This document shows positions 49,771 through 59,779 of a DNA stretch of 64,000 nt, piece after piece (the first letter of the stretch is position 1; every line of letters starts with the position of its first letter). The stretch is from positions 16,111 through 80,110 of the forward strand of contig JAHEXY010000012.1 in NCBI GenBank assembly GCA_023251875.1, written 5' to 3'. The position numbers and the translations under genes are program-made. The notes below the pieces were generated by a model that saw nothing but the letters and a program-made list of their open reading frames with translations, was not told the DNA's origin and did not search any database. The DNA comes from Bacteroidota bacterium (GTDB lineage: Bacteria > Bacteroidota > Bacteroidia > JAHEXY01).

Positions 49771-50364
49771 ATGCATAAAGAAATAGATATAAAAATAGAT
49801 TATTTTGCACATCCGAGTGCTATTATTGACCATCCTTGTATGATTGCTAAAGGGGTTAAAATATGGCATTTTTCACACATTATGCCTAATTGTGTAATTG
49901 GAGAAAACTGCAATATTGGTCAAAATGTAGTAATATCATCAGAAGTAGTGCTTGGTAAAAATGTAAAAGTGCAAAATAATGTTTCCATTTATACCGGTGT
50001 TACCTGCGATGATGATGTATTTTTAGGCCCTTCGATGGTATTTACCAATGTAACCAATCCAAGAAGTGCCATAAATAGAAGAGGGCAATATGCCAAAACA
50101 CATGTAGGAAAAGGGGCTTCTATTGGTGCTAATGCCACCATTGTTTGTGGTCATAACATTGGAGCGTTTGCATTTATTGGCGCAGGAGCTGTTGTTACTA
50201 AACATGTTCCGGCTTATGCACTTGTAGTAGGAAATCCTGCAAGGCAAATAGGCTGGATAAGTGAATACGGGCACAGACTTGAATTTAATGCAGAAGGAAT
50301 TGCCGAATGCCTTGAAAGCAAAGAAAAATACCAGTTAAAAAATAATAGTGTAAGCAAATTATAA
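49771..50364 (+). CDS. left-handed beta-helix (hexapeptide-repeat) acyl/acetyltransferase, probably sugar N-acetyltransferase-like
   Basis: Tandem [LIV]GxxxxI hexapeptide repeats throughout. Confidence 0.7.
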   Translation: MHKEIDIKIDYFAHPSAIIDHPCMIAKGVKIWHFSHIMPNCVIGENCNIGQNVVISSEVVLGKNVKVQNNVSIYTGVTCDDDVFLGPSMVFTNVTNPRSAINRRGQYAKTHVGKGASIGANATIVCGHNIGAFAFIGAGAVVTKHVPAYALVVGNPARQIGWISEYGHRLEFNAEGIAECLESKEKYQLKNNSVSKL

Positions 50365-50390
50365 TGAGTTTATGATTGTTTAAACCTTAA

Positions 50391-50472
50391 GGTGAGTTCT
50401 AAAAATTATATTTTTTGTTTCCTCTCCCTTAATCCCTCTCAAAGAGATAAATTGTAATTTTCAGAACTCACC
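50391..50472. repeat. about 82-nt nested palindromic intergenic element, copy C
   Basis: Outer arms GGTGAGTTCTAAAAATTA / TAATTTTCAGAACTCACC (one mismatch). Inner core CCTCTCCCTTAATCCCTCTC identical to the copy at 47404. Confidence 0.7.
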
Positions 50473-50506
50473 TTTATTCCTTTTTTTTAAATGCTAATTC
50501 ATTATC

Positions 50507-51883
50507 ATGATAAACGATACCATTAAGCTTACTTTTTTAGGTGGAGCAGAAACAGTAACCGGTTCAAAAATATTACTTGAAACCCATCAACATACAATCT
50601 TAATTGATTGCGGCATGTTTCAAGGATTGAAATCATTACGTCTAAAAAATTGGGAGGCGTTTAGCATTGATCCTGGTAAAATTGATGCTATTATTTTAAC
50701 ACATGCACATTTAGATCATTGTGGTTATATTCCTGTATTAGCTAAAAATGGATTTAAAGGTGAAATTCATTGTACCATACCCACTAAAGATCTTACAGAA
50801 CTTATTTTAAAAGACAGTGCCAAAATACAAGAAGAAGATGCTGAAGCAGCAAATAAATACCATTATTCAAAACACAATCCAGCTAAGCCTTTATACACAG
50901 TAGAGGATGTTGAAAATGTATTAAGATATTTTGTTAGTCATGAAAAAAATCAATGGATTGTAATCAATGATGAAATAAAAATTTGCTATAGACATGCCGG
51001 ACATATTTTAGGAGCAGCATTTATAGAAATGAAATGCTTAAATAAAAAAATTGTTTTTTCCGGAGATATTGGCAGAAAAAATCCTCTTATTCTTTACCCT
51101 CCAGATAAGCCTACTGAAGCCAATTATTTAGTAACGGAATCAACTTATGGAGACAGATTACATGCTGTAGTAAATACCGAAAATGAATTGGCAGAAATTA
51201 TTACCAAAACATACAAACGCGGTGGAATAGTAATGATCCCCAGCTTTGCAATTGGGCGCACACAAGAACTTCTTTATCTAATTAACATTTTAAAAGAAAA
51301 ACAAAAAATTGCCGATGTGCCTATTTATTTAGATAGCCCCATGGGAATTAAAGCCACAGAAATAATGCTTAAATATCCTGATTGGCATAAACTATCTGAT
51401 GGACAAATTCACAAAATAGCAAGCCAAACCAATACTATTAAAGATTTTAAACAAACGATTGAATTGGTAAAAGATAAATCACCCAAAATTGTTATTGCAG
51501 GAAGCGGTATGATTACAGGTGGTAGGATTTTATACTATTTAGAACACCTAATCGACAACGAGAAAAACACTGTACTACTTGTGGGCCATCAATCAGAAGG
51601 TACTCGTGGGCGCTTATTGTATGACGGTGCACACGAAATAAAATTCCATGGTAAATATTTCCCAATAAAGGCGCAAGTATGTTCCATGTCATCTTTATCA
51701 GGCCATGCAGATCAATCTGAACTAATTGATTGGCTTAGTAAAATAGAAGGGAAGATGACCAAAGTTTTTATTAACCATGGAGAAGCTCAGTCTGCTGGAA
51801 CCTTAAAAACAAAAATAACAGATCAGTATGGCTGGGATTGTGAAGTAGCTAAAATGAATCATCCTTATATTTTTAATCTATAA
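50507..51883 (+). CDS. beta-CASP-family MBL-fold ribonuclease (RNA-metabolising metallo-beta-lactamase)
   Basis: HAHLDHCG motif 2, followed by beta-CASP motifs and a C-terminal RNA-specificity region. Confidence 0.8.
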   Translation: MINDTIKLTFLGGAETVTGSKILLETHQHTILIDCGMFQGLKSLRLKNWEAFSIDPGKIDAIILTHAHLDHCGYIPVLAKNGFKGEIHCTIPTKDLTELILKDSAKIQEEDAEAANKYHYSKHNPAKPLYTVEDVENVLRYFVSHEKNQWIVINDEIKICYRHAGHILGAAFIEMKCLNKKIVFSGDIGRKNPLILYPPDKPTEANYLVTESTYGDRLHAVVNTENELAEIITKTYKRGGIVMIPSFAIGRTQELLYLINILKEKQKIADVPIYLDSPMGIKATEIMLKYPDWHKLSDGQIHKIASQTNTIKDFKQTIELVKDKSPKIVIAGSGMITGGRILYYLEHLIDNEKNTVLLVGHQSEGTRGRLLYDGAHEIKFHGKYFPIKAQVCSMSSLSGHADQSELIDWLSKIEGKMTKVFINHGEAQSAGTLKTKITDQYGWDCEVAKMNHPYIFNL

Positions 51884-52018
51884 ATATTATGCTGAATTTA
51901 TTTCAGCATCTTTCTAAAATAAAAGATTCCGAAATAAGTTCAGAATAACTCTTTCAATATATTATACTTAAAATGAGTAGAATATTTGCGTAAATTTGCA
52001 GTTTAGAATTCCTGACCC

Positions 52019-54112
52019 ATGTTACAAAGCAAATACTTTATTTTTCTTTATTTTCTTTTTTTACCCATTATTCTATTGGGGCAAAACAGAGAAATTGATT
52101 CTCTAAAAAATGTTGTAATAAACCTTCCTGAGGATACTAACAAAGTAAAAGTTATCAATGAAATTAGTTGGAATTTACTTTATACAAGTAAATATGATGA
52201 AGCAAGAGACTATGCCAATAAAGCACTTATTTTATCAAACAAATTAAATTATTTGCTTGGCCAGGTTAAAGCCATTGTTCGTTTGGGTTTAGCAGATGAA
52301 GAACAAGGTAAATATCCAAGTGCGCTTGATCATTATTTTGAGGCCCTGCATTTAAGCAATGACCATAATTTTACTAAAGGTAAAAACATGGCATTAAACA
52401 ATATTGGCAATACGTATTATCATTTACTTGATTTACCTCGTGCATTAGATTATCATCTTTTGGCTTTAAAAACAGCAGAAAAGTTGAGAGATTCCGTTTC
52501 CATCTCAAAATCCTACAACAATATTGGAAATATTTATAACGCTATGGAAGAATATCACAAAGCTTTAGAATACTATCTTCAATCTTATAATATTAGCACA
52601 AAAGATCTCGTTGGAGAAGATTTGGCTTCTATATTAAGCAATATTGGCCAAGTTTATACACACCTCAATAAATTAGATACAGCATTATTATATAATGGCA
52701 GAGCCTTAGAAATTCGCAAAAAATTTGGATATACTGAGGGGGTTATTACTTCATTAAATAATCTGGGAACTACCTATCAACATAAATTAGAATATCAAAA
52801 AGCCTTGGATTGTTTTAATAATGAATTAAAATTAGCAATTGAAATTGGAAGCCAACAAGATGAATCTCTAGCTTTATTTAATATTGCATTTACCAATAGA
52901 GAATTAAAAAATTATAGAGAATCTATACTGTATGTAAAAAAATCAATTGCTATAAGTCAATTATTAGGAACTAAGAATGATATAAAAGACGATTATAAAT
53001 TTTTAGCTGAAACCTATTGGGATATGAAAATGCCAGATAGCTCAGCTGTATATTATAATAACTATTTAAAATTAACAGATACATTATCTAATTACCAAAG
53101 AAAAAACAACATTACTGAAAAAATGCAGCAATATGATTTTGAAAAAGCAAGAGACAAGGAACAATTAGCAGAAGCAGAAAAAAACATTATTACAAATGAA
53201 AGATTAAGAAGACAAAAAGTAATTATTAGATCATTTGCTGCCATTGCAATTTTACTTTTAATTTTAGGTTTTGTTGCATATAGAGGTTATATAATTAAAA
53301 AGAAAGACAATTTATTGCTTGCTCTACAGAAAAAAGAAATTGAAGAAAAACACAGTGAGATTACTAAAAGTATTAATTACGCACAACGCATTCAAAATGC
53401 TATTCTCCCTCCTATTGATACAATTAAAATTGCTTTTCCTGAATCATTTATTTTATTTAAACCAAAAGATATTGTAAGTGGCGATTTTTATTGGTTTTAC
53501 GAAACACCAACAGGATATCTAATTGCAGCTGCAGATTGTACCGGACATGGTGTTCCAGGTGCCTTTATGAATATGATTGGATCAGAAAAACTAAACGAAG
53601 CTGTTATTGAAAGTCATTATCCAGATGAAATGCTTCACTTCTTAAACCATGGAATTAAAACTTCATTAAGGCAAACTGAAAATGATCAATCCACAAGGGA
53701 CGGAATGGACATTGCGCTTTGTTTCTTCAACAAACAAACAAATACGTTAACGTATTCCGGTGCTAACCGACCTTTATGGATCATCAAAAAAGGCCATAAA
53801 ACTATTACTGAAATTAAAGCTACAAAAGAATCAATAGGGGGATATACAAAAGACAATCAAGTTTTTGAAAAACATATTATTCAATTAGAACAAGGAGATG
53901 CATTTTATATTTTTTCTGATGGTTATGCCGATCAATTTGGAGGGACTTTAGACAAAAAAATAACTACAAAAAGATTAAAAGAAATTTTGATTGATATTGT
54001 AGAAAAACCAATGCTTGAACAAAAAAATTATCTCGAAAACTTTATCAATAATTGGAAAGTCGAGAAAGAACAAATTGATGATATTCTTGTAATGGGAATA
54101 AAAATCACTTGA
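52019..54112 (+). CDS. TPR-repeat sensor with transmembrane helix and C-terminal PP2C/SpoIIE phosphatase domain; paralogue of the 25873 gene
   Basis: Same architecture: INYAQRIQNAILPP, GDFYW, DCTGHGVPGA, DDILVMGIKI. Confidence 0.75.
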   Translation: MLQSKYFIFLYFLFLPIILLGQNREIDSLKNVVINLPEDTNKVKVINEISWNLLYTSKYDEARDYANKALILSNKLNYLLGQVKAIVRLGLADEEQGKYPSALDHYFEALHLSNDHNFTKGKNMALNNIGNTYYHLLDLPRALDYHLLALKTAEKLRDSVSISKSYNNIGNIYNAMEEYHKALEYYLQSYNISTKDLVGEDLASILSNIGQVYTHLNKLDTALLYNGRALEIRKKFGYTEGVITSLNNLGTTYQHKLEYQKALDCFNNELKLAIEIGSQQDESLALFNIAFTNRELKNYRESILYVKKSIAISQLLGTKNDIKDDYKFLAETYWDMKMPDSSAVYYNNYLKLTDTLSNYQRKNNITEKMQQYDFEKARDKEQLAEAEKNIITNERLRRQKVIIRSFAAIAILLLILGFVAYRGYIIKKKDNLLLALQKKEIEEKHSEITKSINYAQRIQNAILPPIDTIKIAFPESFILFKPKDIVSGDFYWFYETPTGYLIAAADCTGHGVPGAFMNMIGSEKLNEAVIESHYPDEMLHFLNHGIKTSLRQTENDQSTRDGMDIALCFFNKQTNTLTYSGANRPLWIIKKGHKTITEIKATKESIGGYTKDNQVFEKHIIQLEQGDAFYIFSDGYADQFGGTLDKKITTKRLKEILIDIVEKPMLEQKNYLENFINNWKVEKEQIDDILVMGIKIT

Positions 54113-54136
54113 GCTGAGAGTTATTCTAACATATTG

Positions 54137-56470
54137 TTACTTCTTTATTTCAGCAGTAAAACTTAAAACTATTGGGGTGGGATTAGAGTCGATGTAAACT
54201 ACTATTTGTTTATCTTGCTTACCTGATTTTCCTGCTGAATCAAATGTAATGGAAATCTTTCCTTGTTCATTAGGATGAATAGCTGTTTTTGTCCAGTTGG
54301 CAACGGTGCAACCACAACTTGGCTCTGCATTTTTAATATAGATATCCGCTTTTGAAGTATTGGTTATAAAAAAATCATGTGAATATTTTTTACCCGGTTT
54401 TATTTTTCCAAAATCGAAACTGGTTTCATCAAGCTTTTTTTGAATAACAGTATCTCTGGGATGCTCTGCATTGCTAACAGAAAGAATTTCTATTTTTCTT
54501 TCTAAAGCCGCTTTTTTACTATACACAGAATTTCGTTGATCGTTAAAATTATCACTCACTGTTGTATCTGATTTGTATTCCCCATAAGGAATTTTTTTAA
54601 TGAATATTGCTCCACCATTATCCGCTGTATGATTTAAATAAGGCCTCAACATTCCATTTTCATAATTACTCATGTAATTCATCAAACTAGAAATTCTACG
54701 CAAAGTTAAATTCACATTGTAATCTGATTTAGCAAGCGGACTTGCATAGCCCTTAATTCCTAATTCTATTTTTCTTCCTTTTTCAAGTTCTTTAGTAAGT
54801 AAATCCATAAAAAAACCAAGATCATCAACTCCTTTGTCAACATAACTCTCAAAAAAATCATCAATGTCCTTTTGAGCTTTTACATATTTATCGCCTTCTA
54901 ATCCGCTCGAATATTCTATCTCATACATTTTTTTCATTACTGAATAATCGTCATAGGTAGTCATGTAATCAAGCTTTGTAATAGTATCTCTCGATTTTGG
55001 ATTGGGCTCATCATTATGAAAATATAGTGTAACGGGTAAATATTTATTCAAATCTTCTAAACTCTTGTATGGATTTTTAGGCAAAGTATCTTTTTTGCTT
55101 GGCTTAGGAAATTCAAAAGAATAAATATCATTGCAACATGTTTCTCCTTCTAAACTATAAGAGCCTTTTCTGTTTGAAACTAAAAAACCTTTTGTTCCGC
55201 TGGTATCAGCTGTATAATAAAAATCATTTACGCTTGTGTTAATTGGAAAGCCCATATTATCAGGTGAAGTAAACGTTTTCAATCCTCCCTTAGCTTTAAA
55301 AATATCAAAGCCTCCTAAACCATAATGCCAGTTAGAACTAAAAAATAAGGTTTGTGATTTTGAATCGTAATAAGGCGTTACTTCATCACCAATAGAATTT
55401 ATTTTAGCATCTAATTTTTTAGGAGATGAATATTTTCTTCCATCTTGCTCAACATTGCAATACCAAATATCTAATCCTCCTTTTCCTTGTGGCCTATCCG
55501 AAACAAAAAACAAAATTTCTTTTCCTTCAACCACAGCATCCATAGGTTGTGTAGTGGTGTATCCTTTTGCATTAATATCATCATCAAGCTTTCTAGCATG
55601 TTCCCACCTGCCCTCTTTGTACGTACTCACATAAATATCACAAACCATATTTTGTGAACAAACAGAAAAATAAAATCTTTTTTTATCGGGACTAAAGCTT
55701 CCGTTAGCGCTGTATACATTCAGCATGTTTATTGAGGTATCTATCAAATCTTGTGTTTGCCAATCTGTACCCTTTAACTCAGCTTTATAAATTTTAATAC
55801 TTTCTTCTTTTTTATCGCTGTTGCCAATTGGTGTTTCTCTAAGAGAAGAAAATAATAATGTAGAGTCATTCAATAGAAGCGGACTAAATTCTGCCTTAGG
55901 AGAATTGACACTTTCATTCAAATGCTCAATTTTAATGGCAACAGAATCTTTAATTAAATTTCCGGCATACTCGCATGATTTAATTTCTTGCTTGGCTTTT
56001 TTTGCAATAAATGTAGATTTATCTTTTGCTACTTTTCCGTAAGCAGTAAAATTTTTCTGCGCAAGTTCATATTTACCATTATAGGTTTGCATCATGGCCA
56101 ACCAAAATAAAGCATCCGGAAAATCTTTGCCTTGATCCAGAGTATATACTTTTTGATAAAACCTTTCCGCATCAACATACATATTGCATTGCCGTATGGC
56201 TTCGGCATATTTGTAATTGAATTCTATACTTGTTGAATCTTTATCTAATGCATTTTTAAAATAAGCACTGGCTCCTAGATAATCTTTATCCTCAAGAGCT
56301 CTATCGCCAAGCTTCTCCCAGTTTTTGGCGGTTTGAGAAAAGGAAAAATTAACCACAGAAATGCAGAATACAAGAAGCCCCGTCCTGGCCTTCCCCGAAG
56401 TGGAAGGAATGCACAAGAGCAAACGTATGGCATTTATAATTTGCAGCACAAGGGTTTTATTATATACCAA
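54137..56470 (-). CDS. multidomain secreted protein with TPR region, TolB-like beta-propeller region and C-terminal DUF1573 domain
   Basis: TPR-like helices at the N-terminus. The C-terminal roughly 100 aa has ...KNAEPSCGCTVANW..., typical of DUF1573. Confidence 0.55.
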   Translation of the reverse strand: MVYNKTLVLQIINAIRLLLCIPSTSGKARTGLLVFCISVVNFSFSQTAKNWEKLGDRALEDKDYLGASAYFKNALDKDSTSIEFNYKYAEAIRQCNMYVDAERFYQKVYTLDQGKDFPDALFWLAMMQTYNGKYELAQKNFTAYGKVAKDKSTFIAKKAKQEIKSCEYAGNLIKDSVAIKIEHLNESVNSPKAEFSPLLLNDSTLLFSSLRETPIGNSDKKEESIKIYKAELKGTDWQTQDLIDTSINMLNVYSANGSFSPDKKRFYFSVCSQNMVCDIYVSTYKEGRWEHARKLDDDINAKGYTTTQPMDAVVEGKEILFFVSDRPQGKGGLDIWYCNVEQDGRKYSSPKKLDAKINSIGDEVTPYYDSKSQTLFFSSNWHYGLGGFDIFKAKGGLKTFTSPDNMGFPINTSVNDFYYTADTSGTKGFLVSNRKGSYSLEGETCCNDIYSFEFPKPSKKDTLPKNPYKSLEDLNKYLPVTLYFHNDEPNPKSRDTITKLDYMTTYDDYSVMKKMYEIEYSSGLEGDKYVKAQKDIDDFFESYVDKGVDDLGFFMDLLTKELEKGRKIELGIKGYASPLAKSDYNVNLTLRRISSLMNYMSNYENGMLRPYLNHTADNGGAIFIKKIPYGEYKSDTTVSDNFNDQRNSVYSKKAALERKIEILSVSNAEHPRDTVIQKKLDETSFDFGKIKPGKKYSHDFFITNTSKADIYIKNAEPSCGCTVANWTKTAIHPNEQGKISITFDSAGKSGKQDKQIVVYIDSNPTPIVLSFTAEIKK

Positions 56471-56502
56471 GATATTTACACGTTTAAATTTAAGTCACTT
56501 AA

Positions 56503-56650
56503 ATGCGGCAGATCCGTAGAACATTTGTAGAATTGCTAACAAAAAGATCTCTTAAGGTGCGTAGCACTGGAACATAAAAATATTTCGGAGCTACGCACCT
56601 TTCGTAACTGTGATTATCATTTCTCTACAAATATTTCGCGGATCTGCCGC
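56503..56650. repeat. structured non-coding element E1: nested inverted repeats (26-bp outer arms, 12-bp inner stem)
   Basis: Outer arms GCGGCAGATCCGTAGAACATTTGTAG ... CTACAAATATTTCGCGGATCTGCCGC. Inner stem AAGGTGCGTAGC ... GCTACGCACCTT. Confidence 0.6.
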
Positions 56651-56699
56651 TGCTCTAATCTTGCCAAATATAATTATTTTCAAACTGTATTCTAATAAA

Positions 56700-56890
56700 A
56701 GGCGGCAGAGCCGCACAATATTTGTAGAATTGACATAATCGTAAAATATTTTAAGGTGCATCGCACCAAAATATATTTATTAAATCTCATTCTTTAAGCG
56801 CATCTCGGTTTTTAACCGCAAATACAAAATGTATGTATCGTTGTATGTATGTGTTTGCCATTGTTTAATATTTCGGTGCTATGCACAATG
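56700..56890. repeat. degenerate duplicate (E2) of element E1 with the same motif order
   Basis: GGCGGCAGAGCCGC, ATATTTGTAGAATTG, TTTTAAGGTGCATCGCACC and ATATTTCGGTGCTATGCAC recapitulate the E1 motifs. Confidence 0.5.
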
Positions 56891-57186
56891 AGTCTAGTAA
56901 TTTTATTCATGTTATGGTACAGCCAAAAAATTATCTGAAAAATTAAATGCTGACTTTTTCAGGAAACCCTGAGTAGCATAACCCTGAAAGGGTTATAAAA
57001 TAGTAAATCCATTTTCCTCTGGTTATACCAGAGGTTATTAAAATTAAAGCCCTTCGGGCTTAACTTAATGACATTGAGTTGGGGAGAGGTTATGGAAAAC
57101 AATAGATATCAACTAACTTATATAATCTCTATTAAAAACAAAAAATCTTTAAATGCTTTAATTTTTAGATTTTTTATGGATATTTG

Positions 57187-58470
57187 TTATCGAACACTAG
57201 CAGAAATTTCTTCGGAAGAAATATACCTGGCAATTTCAAAATTTTCTGTTGATCCAATAGAAGTACTACCTGCAACCACAATTTTTCCATCTTGCTGCAC
57301 AGCCATCGCATAGCAATAATCATTCGACCCTTTCTTTATTGTAATCTGCTCTATATTATCTGAAAAATAATTATCAATACTTCCATCATCATTATACCTC
57401 ATTAAAGCAAAATCATAATCATTGGAATTATTTTTGTACCCTCCTACTACTATTTTTCCATCGGCTTGAAGGGATAAACAACTTCCTTTTATTGCATTTA
57501 AATCTAATTCAGATGTTACCATACCTTTATCCCCAAAGTCATAATCCAATTTTCCATTTCTATTCAACCTCAGTAATGCCAATGCATTATAATCTTCATT
57601 ATTTGAATATCCCGTTACTAAAATTTCGCCATTGGGTTGAAGCATCATGGCACTTGCAGCATTATCCATATTACCAATATCTATAATAGTTTTACCACTT
57701 CTGTTAAAACTTTGATCAAGTATTCCCGTTGAGGTATATCTTACTAATGCAATATCTTTATTTGAATTAACCGAATACCCTGCAATAATAATATTTCCAA
57801 AAAAATCAATGGAAAGAGCTTCTGCATCATCGTTATTCCCTAAATCTGTAATGGCAATTCCTTTATTGGCAAAAGTACAGTCAAGCGATCCGTCAACATT
57901 GTATCTTATTGTAGCAAAGTCATAATTATAACCGTTGTATGATTCTCCTGTAAGAACTATTTTTCCATTAGTTTGAATAGCAACAGCTTTTCCATAATCA
58001 TTACCATTTGCAATATCTGTTTTTACTATTCCATTTTTTCCAAAACTAAGATCTAAACTTCCATTTGTATTATAGCGAGCAATAGCAAAATCAGCATTTT
58101 CTCCATTAGAGGAATAGCCTGCAAGAAGAATCTTTCCGTCAGATTGCAATGCAATTGATTTTCCAAAATCAGATGCATTACCAAGAGGTGTTATTACTTT
58201 GCCTTGTATTCCAAATGACAAATCAAGCCATCCATTAGCGTTATATCTAACAAGAGCAAAATCATAATCCATTCCATTATTCGATGTATAACCTCCCACA
58301 ACAATTTTTCCATCCGCCTGAATGGCAATAGACTGACCAACAGCACCATTATTACCAATATTCGTAATGGCTTTGCCTTCACTGGCAAAGTTTCCATCAA
58401 GCTTAGTTTGTGCAAAAAGAGCATTTATACCAATAAGCAATACAATTAAAAATGAATTAATTTTGTTCAT
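57187..58470 (-). CDS. secreted delta-60-type beta-propeller repeat protein
   Basis: Signal peptide and about 8 tandem repeats of ~50 aa with D.SFG..G..., DG.I.L.GY, .DFAL.RY. Confidence 0.6.
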   Translation of the reverse strand: MNKINSFLIVLLIGINALFAQTKLDGNFASEGKAITNIGNNGAVGQSIAIQADGKIVVGGYTSNNGMDYDFALVRYNANGWLDLSFGIQGKVITPLGNASDFGKSIALQSDGKILLAGYSSNGENADFAIARYNTNGSLDLSFGKNGIVKTDIANGNDYGKAVAIQTNGKIVLTGESYNGYNYDFATIRYNVDGSLDCTFANKGIAITDLGNNDDAEALSIDFFGNIIIAGYSVNSNKDIALVRYTSTGILDQSFNRSGKTIIDIGNMDNAASAMMLQPNGEILVTGYSNNEDYNALALLRLNRNGKLDYDFGDKGMVTSELDLNAIKGSCLSLQADGKIVVGGYKNNSNDYDFALMRYNDDGSIDNYFSDNIEQITIKKGSNDYCYAMAVQQDGKIVVAGSTSIGSTENFEIARYISSEEISASVR

Positions 58471-58579
58471 GGCTTATTCTTAATTTATTGCAATATATTT
58501 TTGATTTAAGGAGATTGAAATACATATTGGAGAAAAAATCAGGTAAATTTGATAGTAATAATAAAATCACGCGAAAATT

Positions 58580-59095
58580 ATGACTCTTATTAAGGCCTTA
58601 AACGGAATCTCACCTCAATTTGGCAAAGACTGCTGGCTTGCTGAAACTGCAACTGTAATAGGACAAGTTGTAATGGGAAATGAATGTAGCATTTGGTACA
58701 ATGTTGTAATACGTGGAGACGTAAATACCATTACACTAGGCAATAAAGTAAACGTGCAAGATGGGGTAGTGATTCATTGTTCTTACCAAAAAGCAAAAAC
58801 TGTAATTGGTAATTATGTTTCAATAGGCCACAACGCTATTGTGCACGGTTGTATTATTCATGATAATGTATTAATTGGCATGGGAGCCATTGTAATGGAT
58901 AATGTTATTGTGCATTCGAATGCTATTATTGCTGCAGGTTCTGTAGTACTTGAAAATACAATTGTTGAAGCAGGAAGTTTATATGCCGGTATTCCTGCAA
59001 AAAAAGTAAAATCTCTAGATGTTGTTAAAACACAAGCAAGCATTCGAAAAATTGCAGATAATTATGTGCTGTATTCAGAATGGTATAAGAAATAA
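58580..59095 (+). CDS. gamma-class carbonic anhydrase-family hexapeptide protein
   Basis: AETATVIGQV.MG...SIWYN.VIRGDVN.I.LG...N.QDG.VIHC pattern of gamma-CA/PaaY-like proteins. Confidence 0.8.
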   Translation: MTLIKALNGISPQFGKDCWLAETATVIGQVVMGNECSIWYNVVIRGDVNTITLGNKVNVQDGVVIHCSYQKAKTVIGNYVSIGHNAIVHGCIIHDNVLIGMGAIVMDNVIVHSNAIIAAGSVVLENTIVEAGSLYAGIPAKKVKSLDVVKTQASIRKIADNYVLYSEWYKK

Positions 59096-59098
59096 GAT

Positions 59099-59614
59099 TT
59101 AGTATTTAAGATACATCTGATAATTAGGATTAGAATGATGCTCTGAAATTTTAAAGTCTGCCTTACCAATAATTTCAAATCCTAATTTTTTATAAAAATT
59201 AATGGCTCTTTGATTTCCTACCCAGGTATAGAGCCACATGCCGGCTTGATTTGATTTTTTTGAAAGTTCTTTATTAAATTCAAATAGTTTTAACCCTAAT
59301 TTTAAATCATAAAATTCTTTTAATAAATATAGTCTATCCAATTTTGTAACATTTCCGGTATTAATATTAGGATGGACCGAATCAAAAATTATTTTAGAAT
59401 ACCCGGCAGCCTGGCCCTTGTAATAAATGATATGATAAACATTTTCTTTATTACTCAGTTCAGCTTTTATTTTATCTAAATTATATGTGTTTGAAATATA
59501 AAATTCGATGTCCGAAGTAGGCGCACTACTACCATGAGATTCAACAAGTGATTTTTTTCCAATATCTACAATTATTGTTGCCTCTTCTATAGAAGCTTTC
59601 AAAATAGTAATCAT
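59099..59614 (-). CDS. GNAT-family N-acetyltransferase
   Basis: GNAT core motifs in a 171-aa product. Confidence 0.65.
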   Translation of the reverse strand: MITILKASIEEATIIVDIGKKSLVESHGSSAPTSDIEFYISNTYNLDKIKAELSNKENVYHIIYYKGQAAGYSKIIFDSVHPNINTGNVTKLDRLYLLKEFYDLKLGLKLFEFNKELSKKSNQAGMWLYTWVGNQRAINFYKKLGFEIIGKADFKISEHHSNPNYQMYLKY

Positions 59615-59779
59615 GTTCTAAATTTAATTATTTCTTTACGAATAGGAATTATTGGTTTACGAACATTGAAATAAGTCAATAATGTTCTATCTTTGCGCTC
59701 TCCCTATCAATATAATGGTTTGTTGGGGCCATTATTCGAATTAAATCTTTTAATAAATTTTTTCTTATTTAATACCAAA

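Noticed and set aside
57068-57313. 81-aa plus-strand ORF
   Set aside because: It overlaps the 3' end of the well-supported delta-60 repeat gene on the opposite strand and has no motifs.
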